From an uncultured Alphaproteobacteria bacterium (lineage in GTDB: Bacteria > Pseudomonadota > Alphaproteobacteria > Rs-D84), in the NCBI GenBank assembly GCA_944389595.1, contig CALXMY010000002.1:150338-214337 (forward strand): a stretch of 64,000 nt of DNA. Reading direction: 5' to 3'. The translations under genes and the position numbers were made by a program. The notes under the pieces were generated by a model that saw only the letters and a program-made list of their open reading frames with translations, searched no databases and was not told the origin of the DNA. This document shows, one piece after another, positions 17,870-26,957 of this stretch. The stretch's first letter is position 1; each line of letters starts with the position of its first letter.

Positions 17870-18301
17870 TTATGGATTTCGTTTTTCGTGTTCTTCCTGT
17901 TCGTCAACGGTCATTGTTGCCAACGGACGTGCCAACATGCGTGACAAACCAATTTCATCACCAGATACAACACTGTATCCAAATGTGCCGTTTTCGATTC
18001 GTTCCAATGCCGCATTAATTTTCTTTAACAGGTTATTATCACGTTCCGACATGCGCAGATTCATGGTTATTTCCTGTTCAAATGTGGCATTGTCTGATTC
18101 GTCGCCAACGCCCGCAGAATCGGCCTGGTCAGCGGTGCGAACAGCGTTTAACGCCGATCTGGAATCCTGTAATAATTCTGCCTTTTGTGCATTTAACAAA
18201 TGATAAAAATATGCCAAATGCTGTGGACACATATATGGTTCCGATTTTTTTGGAACGTATTTTGGCGGTAATTCAATGTTTTTATAATTTTTGGTTGCCA
18301 T
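17870..18301 (-). CDS. dksA: RNA polymerase-binding transcription factor DksA (zinc-finger-less variant)
   Basis: DksA/TraR coiled-coil region with acidic tip (DSAGVGDESD); C-terminus lacks the C4 cysteines. Confidence 0.65.
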   Translation of the reverse strand: MATKNYKNIELPPKYVPKKSEPYMCPQHLAYFYHLLNAQKAELLQDSRSALNAVRTADQADSAGVGDESDNATFEQEITMNLRMSERDNNLLKKINAALERIENGTFGYSVVSGDEIGLSRMLARPLATMTVDEQEEHEKRNP

Positions 18302-18303
18302 CT

Positions 18304-18624
18304 TTAGGATCCTTTTAGTTCACGTATCCAATCCACAAGAGTATCCTGGTCCATAAGACCGGTGCGTGCCTCTATTAATTCGCCATCGCGAAATGCCAAA
18401 ACACTGGGGATGCTGCGAATGCCGTATTTGGCCGGTGTACGACGATTTGATTCATCAATTTCGAATTTGACGAATTTTACGTCCGTTATTGCGTCAGATG
18501 TTGATTCAAAGATAGGTCCAAACATACGACATGGACCGCACCAAGGTGCCCAGAAATCAACCAGCGTTACACCGGATCCAATAAATGATTCGAATGTTGC
18601 ATCGGTTGCATGTTCTATAGCCAT
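18304..18624 (-). CDS. trxA: Thioredoxin
   Basis: WAPWCGPCRMFGP active site. Confidence 0.85.
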   Translation of the reverse strand: MAIEHATDATFESFIGSGVTLVDFWAPWCGPCRMFGPIFESTSDAITDVKFVKFEIDESNRRTPAKYGIRSIPSVLAFRDGELIEARTGLMDQDTLVDWIRELKGS

Positions 18625-18697
18625 CTTTTGCTCCTTCCTTGTTGATATTTCACAGGAGTGTATTATAATCCCCACAAAATGCAAGAGAAATCATAAA

Positions 18698-19837
18698 ATG
18701 AATAATATCATATACTTAGATGCTGCCGCCAGTGCGTTGAAGCCTGAATCCGTGATACAGGCGGAAATTGATTTTTTACAGAATGACTATGCAAACGCAG
18801 GGCGGGGGATTTGTGCACGGGCCAGTAATGTGGACAATATGGTTGCAAATGCGCGTGCGCGCGTTGCACGGTTTATAAATGCGGCACCAGACCAGATTGT
18901 TTTCACGTCCGGTACAACTGATGGTATGAACAGAATCGCCCATATAATAAATGATCGTGTGTGTGGGGCGGGGGTTAAAAATAAAACCGTGATGGTGTCT
19001 GATTTGGACCATCACAGTGCGCGTTTGCCATTTGAGTTATTATATGATTCTGATTTGTGCAATATTGTTTTGTGTCCAATGGATGCACAATATAATTTGA
19101 TGTGTTCAGATTTACCAAGGGCAGATGTTTTTGTCATAACTGCTATGTCAAATGTTATGGGCGTGCCCCAAGATGTCGCAGGATTGATTGCTGCGGCGCG
19201 TAAAAAAAATCCAGATGTTATAACTGTTGTTGATGCGGCGCAATATATTGTGCATAACGAAATTGATGTTCAAAAATGGGATTGTGATTTTGTGTGTTTT
19301 TCGGCGCATAAAATCGGGGCTGATACAGGTTTGGGAATTATGTATATGAAAAATCCTGAACGATGGGTCAGTCCTGATAAGTTTGGTGGCGGAATGATTT
19401 CAAAAATAACGGGCAGCGCGGTTGAACATAATGTCTGTTTTCAATGGGAAAGTGCGCCGGCTAAATTTGAAGCGGGCACGTTACCATTGACCCAAATTAT
19501 TGGTTTGCCGGCGGCCATTGATTATTTGTCTGCGAATCGGCCCAATTTGGATTTAATAAAATATTTATATGACAGATTGTCTAAAAATCCGCGTATAAAA
19601 ATTATTACCCCGCGTGATTCGGCATTATTCACATTTTATATTGATGGTATGCATATACTGGATTTTGGGGCATCTGTCGGTGCGCGCGGGGTATGTTTGC
19701 GGATTGGTAATATGTGTGCCAGTTGGATTCACAAGTGTTTGGGTGTGGCCGGTACTGCGCGGATTTCGGTTGGGCCGTGGAATACGATGGATGATGTGGT
19801 GCGCGGGGCTGATATAATCGAAAGTGTGGTTAAATAA
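18698..19837 (+). CDS. sufS: Cysteine desulfurase (SufS/NifS-like, class V aminotransferase)
   Basis: Aminotransferase class V fold; SAHKIGADTGLGIMY (PLP-Lys region); adjacent sufT and sufE. Confidence 0.7.
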   Translation: MNNIIYLDAAASALKPESVIQAEIDFLQNDYANAGRGICARASNVDNMVANARARVARFINAAPDQIVFTSGTTDGMNRIAHIINDRVCGAGVKNKTVMVSDLDHHSARLPFELLYDSDLCNIVLCPMDAQYNLMCSDLPRADVFVITAMSNVMGVPQDVAGLIAAARKKNPDVITVVDAAQYIVHNEIDVQKWDCDFVCFSAHKIGADTGLGIMYMKNPERWVSPDKFGGGMISKITGSAVEHNVCFQWESAPAKFEAGTLPLTQIIGLPAAIDYLSANRPNLDLIKYLYDRLSKNPRIKIITPRDSALFTFYIDGMHILDFGASVGARGVCLRIGNMCASWIHKCLGVAGTARISVGPWNTMDDVVRGADIIESVVK

Positions 19838-19838
19838 A

Positions 19839-20156
19839 ATGACAGATTTGACACGTGAAAATATTATAGATGCATTAAAAACCGTGTATGACCCGGAAAT
19901 ACCCGTGAATATTTGGGATTTGGGTTTGATATACGATATTAATATAACCGATTCGTTGGTTAATATTACCATGACTTTTACCAGTCCGACATGTCCCATG
20001 ATGGAGGATTTATTACAACAGGTTCATGACAGCGTTATTGCAATATCGGGTGGGCGTGATGTTCATGTTGATTTGGTTTGGGATCCGCCATGGGATTTGT
20101 CGCGTATGTCTGATGCGGCGCGATTGGAACTGGATTTAACAGAACAGGGATGGTAA
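19839..20156 (+). CDS. sufT: Fe-S assembly protein SufT-like (DUF59/MIP18 family)
   Basis: YDPEIPVNIWDLGLIYDI...TSPTCP motif. Confidence 0.65.
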   Translation: MTDLTRENIIDALKTVYDPEIPVNIWDLGLIYDINITDSLVNITMTFTSPTCPMMEDLLQQVHDSVIAISGGRDVHVDLVWDPPWDLSRMSDAARLELDLTEQGW

Positions 20157-20160
20157 TGCG

Positions 20161-20523
20161 ATGACTTATTCGGAAATGAAAAAATTTTTATCAATGATAT
20201 CAGACCCGGTTGAACGGCTGAACGCCGTGATGGATTTTGGCACTCAAATGGCCCCAGTGCCGGATTCGGCCGTATGCAGTGAAATTCATGGATGTGCGTC
20301 GTGGGTTGAAATATGTCGCGATGGAAATAACTTTTATGGCCGGGCCGATTCGGCATTGGTGCGCGGAATTGTTGCAATTATTACCGCAATGGTTGATGGG
20401 AAAAGCCCGCAACAGATAAAAAAAATGGATTTGGCCGGTGAATTCGCATCGTTGAATATAAATTTGGGTACCGGCCGGCTGGGTGGTGTCAATTCTATGA
20501 TTCGTTTTTTGCAAAATTTGTGA
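20161..20523 (+). CDS. sufE: Cysteine desulfuration protein SufE
   Basis: SufE fold with conserved Cys-containing region IHGCASWVEI. Confidence 0.65.
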   Translation: MTYSEMKKFLSMISDPVERLNAVMDFGTQMAPVPDSAVCSEIHGCASWVEICRDGNNFYGRADSALVRGIVAIITAMVDGKSPQQIKKMDLAGEFASLNINLGTGRLGGVNSMIRFLQNL

Positions 20524-20560
20524 TAACATTAAATGCAGGTATATTTTATATGGTGAAAAT

Positions 20561-20863
20561 ATGGGCGAATCAAAAAAAATGTTACATATTGGGTTTGGTG
20601 CATTGTGTTTGGTGTTGATGTTGTCCGCGATTTTACAGGTTTGCTATCGTACACAAAACAGGGCGCGAAACCGTGTTCGCAACGCAATTGTCCAAACACA
20701 ACAGGATATTGCTGTTGCACAGGCTGATTTTGCATCATATGTTAGACCGGAAATTTTGCGTAATATGGTAACAAGTGTATACCCAAACGCCGAAACTATC
20801 AGTTTTCATAAACATGTGTCTGTGCACGATTTGCCGGCACGCAAAGTGGCATTGCAGCAATAA
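20561..20863 (+). CDS. ftsL: Cell division protein FtsL-like
   Basis: 100-aa bitopic protein (TM GFGALCLVLMLSAIL) immediately upstream of ftsI. Confidence 0.5.
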   Translation: MGESKKMLHIGFGALCLVLMLSAILQVCYRTQNRARNRVRNAIVQTQQDIAVAQADFASYVRPEILRNMVTSVYPNAETISFHKHVSVHDLPARKVALQQ

Positions 20864-22476
20864 TGTTTGAAATAGGTCGCGATATTTTTAAGCATGGGTC
20901 ATTAAACGCGTCAAGTGATAGACGTGGACATCGGCGTATGCGAATCGTTTATTATGTGTTTGTTGTTGCATTCGCAATTTTTGTTGTGCGCACATTGGCA
21001 TTGGGAATCGAAGGTACAGACAGGGCGCGACGTGCCGGGGCGGATGGTGCATGGACGGCCCAGCGTGCGGATATTATTGACCGAAATGGTGATATATTGG
21101 CAAAAAATATTATGTCGGGGCATATTACTTTGCGGCCGCCGTATGTTGAAAATCGTGATGCTGTGGCGCAAACTATACACCAAATTTTGCCATATGAATA
21201 TACATTGGCCCAGGCATTGAATTTGGTTAATTCGTCGCGTAAATTTATATATGTGAAAAAATATGCGTCTGATGATCAACGGACTGTTGTTGAAAAAGCA
21301 AAATTGCCCGGACTGGAAATCGAGGCAGAGCAAAAACGTCGGTACCCAAAACGCAGATTGTTTTCGCATATTATAGGATTTGTTGGGCGCGATGGATATG
21401 GGCTGGAGGGTATTGAACGTATATATAATGATTATTTGTCTGAAAATTCTGATCCGTTACAATTATCGTTGGATTCGCGAATTCAGGCGGTTTTTTATGA
21501 CCAATTAACAATCGCAATGCAAAAATATCAGGCACGCGCCGCGATGGGATTGTTGATGAATTCGCGCACAGGCGAAATGATTGCAATGGTTTCTTTGCCG
21601 GATTTTGACCCGGAAAACAGGGAACTGGACCCTGTATCAAATCGTATGTTTATGCCGTTGCGCGGGGTGTTTGAAATGGGATCTATATTTAAAATATTTA
21701 ACACCGCAATGGCCATGGAAAATGGCATAGACAAAGAATATTATGTGGCCGAACCGTTCCCAATTACTGACAAATTCGGTCGTGTTGTAAAACGTGTGCG
21801 TGATGTCAGCAGTTTTAAACCACCGCGACCAAATTTAAGCATAGAAGAAATTATGTTGCATTCATGTAATGCCGGCAGTGCGCAAATTGCGCTGGATTTG
21901 CCGGATGGCACGCAACAGGAATTTTTCCGGCGGTTACATTTTGATGAGCCATTGGAACTGGAATTTGGAACAACAGAGCGGCCATTGCCACCGGCAAAAT
22001 GGGGGCCTGTGGAACGCGCAACCGTATCATATGGGCATGGTATTTCTGTTACGCCAATGCATTTATTGTTGGCCGTAAATGCGATGACAAATGGCGGAAT
22101 TTATATTTACCCAACAATTTTAAAACGTGGGGTGGGGCCCGTTCGTGGGGAACGCGTGGTGTCCGATGAAATATCGGCACGATTGCGGAATATAATGTTT
22201 AATATTGCCGAACAAACCAGCGGTAAACAGGCCCGTGTTGCCGGAATACAAATTGGTGGTAAAACCGCCACGGCCGAAAAATATGGAAACAGTAAAAAAA
22301 ATCTGACGGCGTTTGCGGGTATCTTTCCGGTATCTGCACCACAGTATACAATTTTAGTTATATTGGATGAACCCAAAGGAACCAAAGAATCATTTGGTCT
22401 GCGTACTGCGGCGTGGAACGCCGTGCCGACAACGGGAAAAATTCTTGATAGTATACTGCCGTTGCTATTTGAATAA
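20863..22476 (+). CDS. ftsI: Peptidoglycan D,D-transpeptidase FtsI (PBP3)
   Basis: SIFK (SxxK), SCN (SxN), GGKTATAE (KTG) transpeptidase motifs; N-terminal TM. Confidence 0.8.
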   Translation: MFEIGRDIFKHGSLNASSDRRGHRRMRIVYYVFVVAFAIFVVRTLALGIEGTDRARRAGADGAWTAQRADIIDRNGDILAKNIMSGHITLRPPYVENRDAVAQTIHQILPYEYTLAQALNLVNSSRKFIYVKKYASDDQRTVVEKAKLPGLEIEAEQKRRYPKRRLFSHIIGFVGRDGYGLEGIERIYNDYLSENSDPLQLSLDSRIQAVFYDQLTIAMQKYQARAAMGLLMNSRTGEMIAMVSLPDFDPENRELDPVSNRMFMPLRGVFEMGSIFKIFNTAMAMENGIDKEYYVAEPFPITDKFGRVVKRVRDVSSFKPPRPNLSIEEIMLHSCNAGSAQIALDLPDGTQQEFFRRLHFDEPLELEFGTTERPLPPAKWGPVERATVSYGHGISVTPMHLLLAVNAMTNGGIYIYPTILKRGVGPVRGERVVSDEISARLRNIMFNIAEQTSGKQARVAGIQIGGKTATAEKYGNSKKNLTAFAGIFPVSAPQYTILVILDEPKGTKESFGLRTAAWNAVPTTGKILDSILPLLFE

Positions 22477-22518
22477 TTTTTGATTATAATTATTCCGATA
22501 ATAATAAAAGAGTAAAGT

Positions 22519-24282
22519 GTGAGAAAAGTAGTGGACAAGTCCATGCTGGGGCAGGCATGGGCGGTGGCGACGTATCCGGGTGCGGACGATGTTCCAAGTT
22601 CGGCAGATAATTTATTACAAAAAATTTTAATCAGTCGCGGTATTACCGATATGGCCGCGATGGATAAATTCTTGAACCCTTGTGTTAAAGATTATATGCC
22701 TAATCCATCGGTGTTGTGCGATATGGACAAGGCCGCCGCCATAATTGCGGACAGTGTTTTAAATGGTGATAAAATTGCAATTTATGGTGATTATGATGTT
22801 GATGGAATAACATCCACGGCTGTGTTTGTGAAATATTTACGTTCGTTGGGCGTGGATGTAATGTGGCATTTGCCCACACGCGAAGGCGAAGGTTACGGGT
22901 TAAATATTGGTGCCATTGACGAGATTGCCCAACATGGCGCGAAATTGATAATAACCGTTGATTGCGGTATAAGTGGTGTGGCCGAGGTCGCGCATGCAAA
23001 ATCGTTGGGTTTACGTATTGTGGTGACGGATCATCATTCCCCGGACGAGGTTTTGCCCGCTGCGGATGCGGTTGTAAATCCAAAACGCGCGGATGATGTA
23101 TCTGGGTTGTCGTATTTGGCGGGGGTTGGTGTTGCTTTTTTGACAATAGTTGCATTGCGTCGCGAATTGAAATCGCGTGATTTATCACCAGATATGGCCC
23201 AGAAAATCGCAGATGCCAATCCAATGAATTTTTTGGATTTGGTCGCATTGGGTACAATATGTGACACCATGCCATTAATTGGATTAAATCGCGCCTTTGT
23301 TGCAACGGGATTAAAAGTTTTGGATTTGCGTAATAATTTGGGGTTGCGTACATTAATGGATGTTGCGGGGATAAAAAAATCGTCTGTGTATGCGGCCGGA
23401 TTCGCAATAGGACCGCGGTTGAATGCGGCGGGGCGTTTGGATTCGGCGGCACCGGCATTGGATTTGTTGTTGACTGATAACCCATTAATTGCAAATGATT
23501 TGGCACAAAAATTGCATCGTATGAATCAGGAACGTATTGATATTCAAAATGCAATTATGTTGTCCGCCGGTGAAATGGCGCAAAAATGTTGCGATTCGGG
23601 ACGGTGCAGTTTGTTTGTTTGTGGTGATAATTGGCATGGTGGGGTTATGGGCATTATTGCCGGCAGACTAAAAGATAAATATAATTTGCCGTCATGTGTG
23701 GCAACCCGTTGTGATGGAATAATAAATGGTTCGGGGCGTTCAATACCGGGTGTTGATTTAGGGCGCATCATACATGACGCATTAGGGGCAGGTATTATAA
23801 CCGAAGGCGGCGGGCATGCAGCGGCGGCGGGATTTTCATTAAATGCAGATAACGAAGCGCGTTTTTGTGAATTTTTGGAAGATGCCGTCAGAACCCAATT
23901 AAATGGTCATTTGCCGCACAAGGAAATAGTTGCAGATGCAGAAATGGATGCCGGGGGTGCCACTTTAAAATTAGTAAATAAATTGGCATCATTGGAACCG
24001 TATGGCCAGGGCAATCCGGAACCAACGTTGATATTACATGGGGCATCGTTACGATATGCAACAACAATGGGGCATGGCGCGCATTTGCGCGGGGCCGTTA
24101 TGACCAGCAGTGGCACGCAATTATCATTTGTGGGATTTAATTTGGTTGGTACGCCCGTTGGTGATTTTTTGCTGGACGATGCAAACACAAACACTAAAAT
24201 AAAAATGTTAGGTAAATTAAAAGAAAATGAATACAATGGACATGTAAACGCACAATTTTTTGTCGAGGATATTGCCAAATAG
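22519..24282 (+). CDS. recJ: Single-stranded-DNA-specific exonuclease RecJ
   Basis: DHH motifs YGDYDVDGITS, VTDHHSP; DHHA1 domain GGGHAAAAG. Confidence 0.8.
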   Translation: MRKVVDKSMLGQAWAVATYPGADDVPSSADNLLQKILISRGITDMAAMDKFLNPCVKDYMPNPSVLCDMDKAAAIIADSVLNGDKIAIYGDYDVDGITSTAVFVKYLRSLGVDVMWHLPTREGEGYGLNIGAIDEIAQHGAKLIITVDCGISGVAEVAHAKSLGLRIVVTDHHSPDEVLPAADAVVNPKRADDVSGLSYLAGVGVAFLTIVALRRELKSRDLSPDMAQKIADANPMNFLDLVALGTICDTMPLIGLNRAFVATGLKVLDLRNNLGLRTLMDVAGIKKSSVYAAGFAIGPRLNAAGRLDSAAPALDLLLTDNPLIANDLAQKLHRMNQERIDIQNAIMLSAGEMAQKCCDSGRCSLFVCGDNWHGGVMGIIAGRLKDKYNLPSCVATRCDGIINGSGRSIPGVDLGRIIHDALGAGIITEGGGHAAAAGFSLNADNEARFCEFLEDAVRTQLNGHLPHKEIVADAEMDAGGATLKLVNKLASLEPYGQGNPEPTLILHGASLRYATTMGHGAHLRGAVMTSSGTQLSFVGFNLVGTPVGDFLLDDANTNTKIKMLGKLKENEYNGHVNAQFFVEDIAK

Positions 24283-24290
24283 GTATAAAA

Positions 24291-25250
24291 ATGAAGACCG
24301 TGGATTTAAAATTTTTATCACAAAAAATATGCGATGCAAAACGTATTTTGATTGCCGGACATAAAAATCCAGATGGCGATTCGTTATGTTCTGTATTGGC
24401 GTTGGCACAATTAATTAAATTAAATTTTAGTAAAGATGCGGTGTGCGCATATGATGGTAATATACCTGATATGTTGGATAATATGCCGATGCGAAGTGAA
24501 ATGCAATATTACGCACATATCGATGCGGGCACACCATTTGATTTGGTGTTTATATTGGATTATGGAACGAAAAATCATATTGGTGGCGTGATGCCGTTTG
24601 TCAAATCGGCCCGGTATGTTATTGAAATAGATCATCATAATAATTGTGATTTAATTGGCGATTTGGCGTTTTGTGATGATGCATCCGCTGCGACGGGGGA
24701 AATTATATTTAATATCGCAAATAAATTAAAATGGACACACGATGCGACCGTAAACGATTTATTGGCCGCATCTGTTTTGACCGATACAGGTTTCTTTAAA
24801 TATGTGCGTCGTGGCCGTGTATTGCGTATGATGGCTGATTTGGTTGATGCGGGTGTTGATATTGAAAAGATATCAAATGCATTAAATAATAAACCACGGA
24901 AAACCGTCTTGACCGAGGCGGGGGTTGTTTCGCGGGCCGAATTTTTTTATCACGGGCGGTTGGCGTTGGCAATCATAGATGAACATGATTATAAAAATTT
25001 AGATGGACGTGGCGAAATGGTTTTGTCGTTATTGGGACAAATCAAGGGTGTTGAATATGTTGCGTTATTAAAACGACAAAAAGAAATGCAAACTGGTGTT
25101 TCGTTGCGTGGGAAAACAATGCCTGTGGATGAAATTGCGGCCAAATTGGGTGGTGGTGGGCATACGTATGCCGCTGGTGCCGTTGTTGCCGATTCGTTGG
25201 AAAATGTACGCACGCGTGTTTTGGAATTGTTCAGGGGGGCGAAAAAATGA
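24291..25250 (+). CDS. DHH/DHHA1 family phosphoesterase (NrnA-like oligoribonuclease/pAp phosphatase)
   Basis: HKNPDGDSL, IEIDHHNN, GGGGHTYAAGA. Confidence 0.6.
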   Translation: MKTVDLKFLSQKICDAKRILIAGHKNPDGDSLCSVLALAQLIKLNFSKDAVCAYDGNIPDMLDNMPMRSEMQYYAHIDAGTPFDLVFILDYGTKNHIGGVMPFVKSARYVIEIDHHNNCDLIGDLAFCDDASAATGEIIFNIANKLKWTHDATVNDLLAASVLTDTGFFKYVRRGRVLRMMADLVDAGVDIEKISNALNNKPRKTVLTEAGVVSRAEFFYHGRLALAIIDEHDYKNLDGRGEMVLSLLGQIKGVEYVALLKRQKEMQTGVSLRGKTMPVDEIAAKLGGGGHTYAAGAVVADSLENVRTRVLELFRGAKK

Positions 25251-25861
25251 AAAAATTAATATTTGGATTGTGCGGAATTATGATGTGTGGTGTGGCGTAT
25301 GCGGATGTGAATGGTACATTGGTGACAATGGCCGAAAAATATTTGAATTCCATAACGGGACTGACGGGTACATTTGTTCAAACAGCAAATGGTAAACAGG
25401 AACAGGGTGTGTTTTCTATGCTGCGGCCGGGGCGTGTGCGTTTGGATTATGATAATATGCCGGTACAGTTAATTTCGGATGGACGTGATTTATATTTTTT
25501 TGATAAATCGTTGGACCAAATTACAACTGTGCCATTGACCAGTACGCCGGCCGGAATTTTAATTCGTGAAAATATAGATTTGCGAAATGCGGATATTAAT
25601 GTTGTTGAAACGGCCGATATGGGTGAAACGTTTTCGTTAAAAATGAACCTGCGTGGCCAGGAAGGCATTGGTAATATGAATGTGATTTTTGATAAAAGCC
25701 CCGTAAAATTAAACGCATGGACAGTTGTTGATGCAACGGGGGCAAAAACAGATGTGGCGTTTTATAATTTGGGGGTGCGGACAGATTTTCCGTCTGATTA
25801 TTTCCAAATTCAACGGCACAGAACAATCAGTACCAGTGGTGGTGACGCGTTTTATGATTAA
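25247..25861 (+). CDS. lolA: Outer-membrane lipoprotein carrier protein LolA-like
   Basis: Signal peptide plus LolA-like beta-barrel sequence pattern; approx 200 aa. Confidence 0.55.
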   Translation: MKKLIFGLCGIMMCGVAYADVNGTLVTMAEKYLNSITGLTGTFVQTANGKQEQGVFSMLRPGRVRLDYDNMPVQLISDGRDLYFFDKSLDQITTVPLTSTPAGILIRENIDLRNADINVVETADMGETFSLKMNLRGQEGIGNMNVIFDKSPVKLNAWTVVDATGAKTDVAFYNLGVRTDFPSDYFQIQRHRTISTSGGDAFYD

Positions 25862-25863
25862 AA

Positions 25864-26202
25864 ATGTTTGGAATCAGTTGGGCCGAATTTTTAGTGATTT
25901 TATTGGTTGGTGTGTTGGTTATTCCCGCACGCATGTGGCCCGATGTTGCACGGTTTTTGGCGGGGGCGGTAACATTTGTTCGTAAATTAATTTGGAAAAT
26001 TACGGATGCATCTGAACAAATAAAGCATCAAATTGATTTGGAAAAACCAATTGATGATTTAATTCGTACAACCACATCTGATATGCTGGATGGATTTTCC
26101 GAACCAATTAAACAGATAAAGAAAACTGGAAAAAAGCAATCCGTCACCCGGGGGCGTGTGGTTACAAAAACACGTGTTAAGTCAGGGGGGCGGCGCAAAT
26201 GA
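25864..26202 (+). CDS. tatB: Twin-arginine translocase subunit TatB
   Basis: MFGISWAEFLVILLVGVLVIPARMWPDVARFLAGAV, followed by tatC. Confidence 0.75.
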   Translation: MFGISWAEFLVILLVGVLVIPARMWPDVARFLAGAVTFVRKLIWKITDASEQIKHQIDLEKPIDDLIRTTTSDMLDGFSEPIKQIKKTGKKQSVTRGRVVTKTRVKSGGRRK

Positions 26203-26924
26203 AAAAAAATACCCGTATGACCATGGGACAACATTTTGCAGAATTGCGCCGGCGCATATTATGGACTTTTACAGTGTTTGTGGCGGCATTGGTTGGTGGG
26301 TGGTATGTTGCGCCATGGTTGCAGGCATTATTGACCGTGCCATTAATGAATGTTTGGCCGAATGGTGAATTGCTGTATACCGGATTAACAGATGGGTTAA
26401 TGATTCGTTTTTCATTGGCCGTGTTGTTTTCATTATTTGTAACTGTGCCTGTTGCGTTGTGGCATTTATGGCGATATATTGCGCCGGGACTACGTGTGAA
26501 CGAGCGTCGTATTGTATGGCCTGTTTTAATTGCATCGCCAATATTGTTTTTAATCGGGGCGGCGTTTGCGTTTTATATTTTATTTCCGTTTGTGTTTGGA
26601 TTTTTTATCGAGTTGAACCAAAATACCCCCGTGCCGGCAGTTTTGTTGCCGGCCGCGACAAATTATTTATCATTTTCGATTGGTATGTTGAAAGTATTTG
26701 GAATTGCGTTTCAATTGCCATTGGTTTTGGTTTTATTAAATCGCGTTGGGATTTTATCGCGTGCGCGCGCGGTTAAAATGCGGCGGTATGCAATTGTTTT
26801 AATTGTTGTTGTGGCCGCTGTTTTAACACCACCGGATGTTGTGTCGCAAATATTGTTGGCGTTACCAATGTGGGGGCTGTTCGAATTAAGTTTATTATTT
26901 ATGCACGATGATGAAAATAGATAA
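26199..26924 (+). CDS. tatC: Twin-arginine translocase subunit TatC
   Basis: 6-TM protein with HFAELRRRIL N-terminal motif. Confidence 0.8.
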   Translation: MKKNTRMTMGQHFAELRRRILWTFTVFVAALVGGWYVAPWLQALLTVPLMNVWPNGELLYTGLTDGLMIRFSLAVLFSLFVTVPVALWHLWRYIAPGLRVNERRIVWPVLIASPILFLIGAAFAFYILFPFVFGFFIELNQNTPVPAVLLPAATNYLSFSIGMLKVFGIAFQLPLVLVLLNRVGILSRARAVKMRRYAIVLIVVVAAVLTPPDVVSQILLALPMWGLFELSLLFMHDDENR

Positions 26925-26957
26925 GATTTATTTTCTTTTTTGTGATATAATTGTCGT

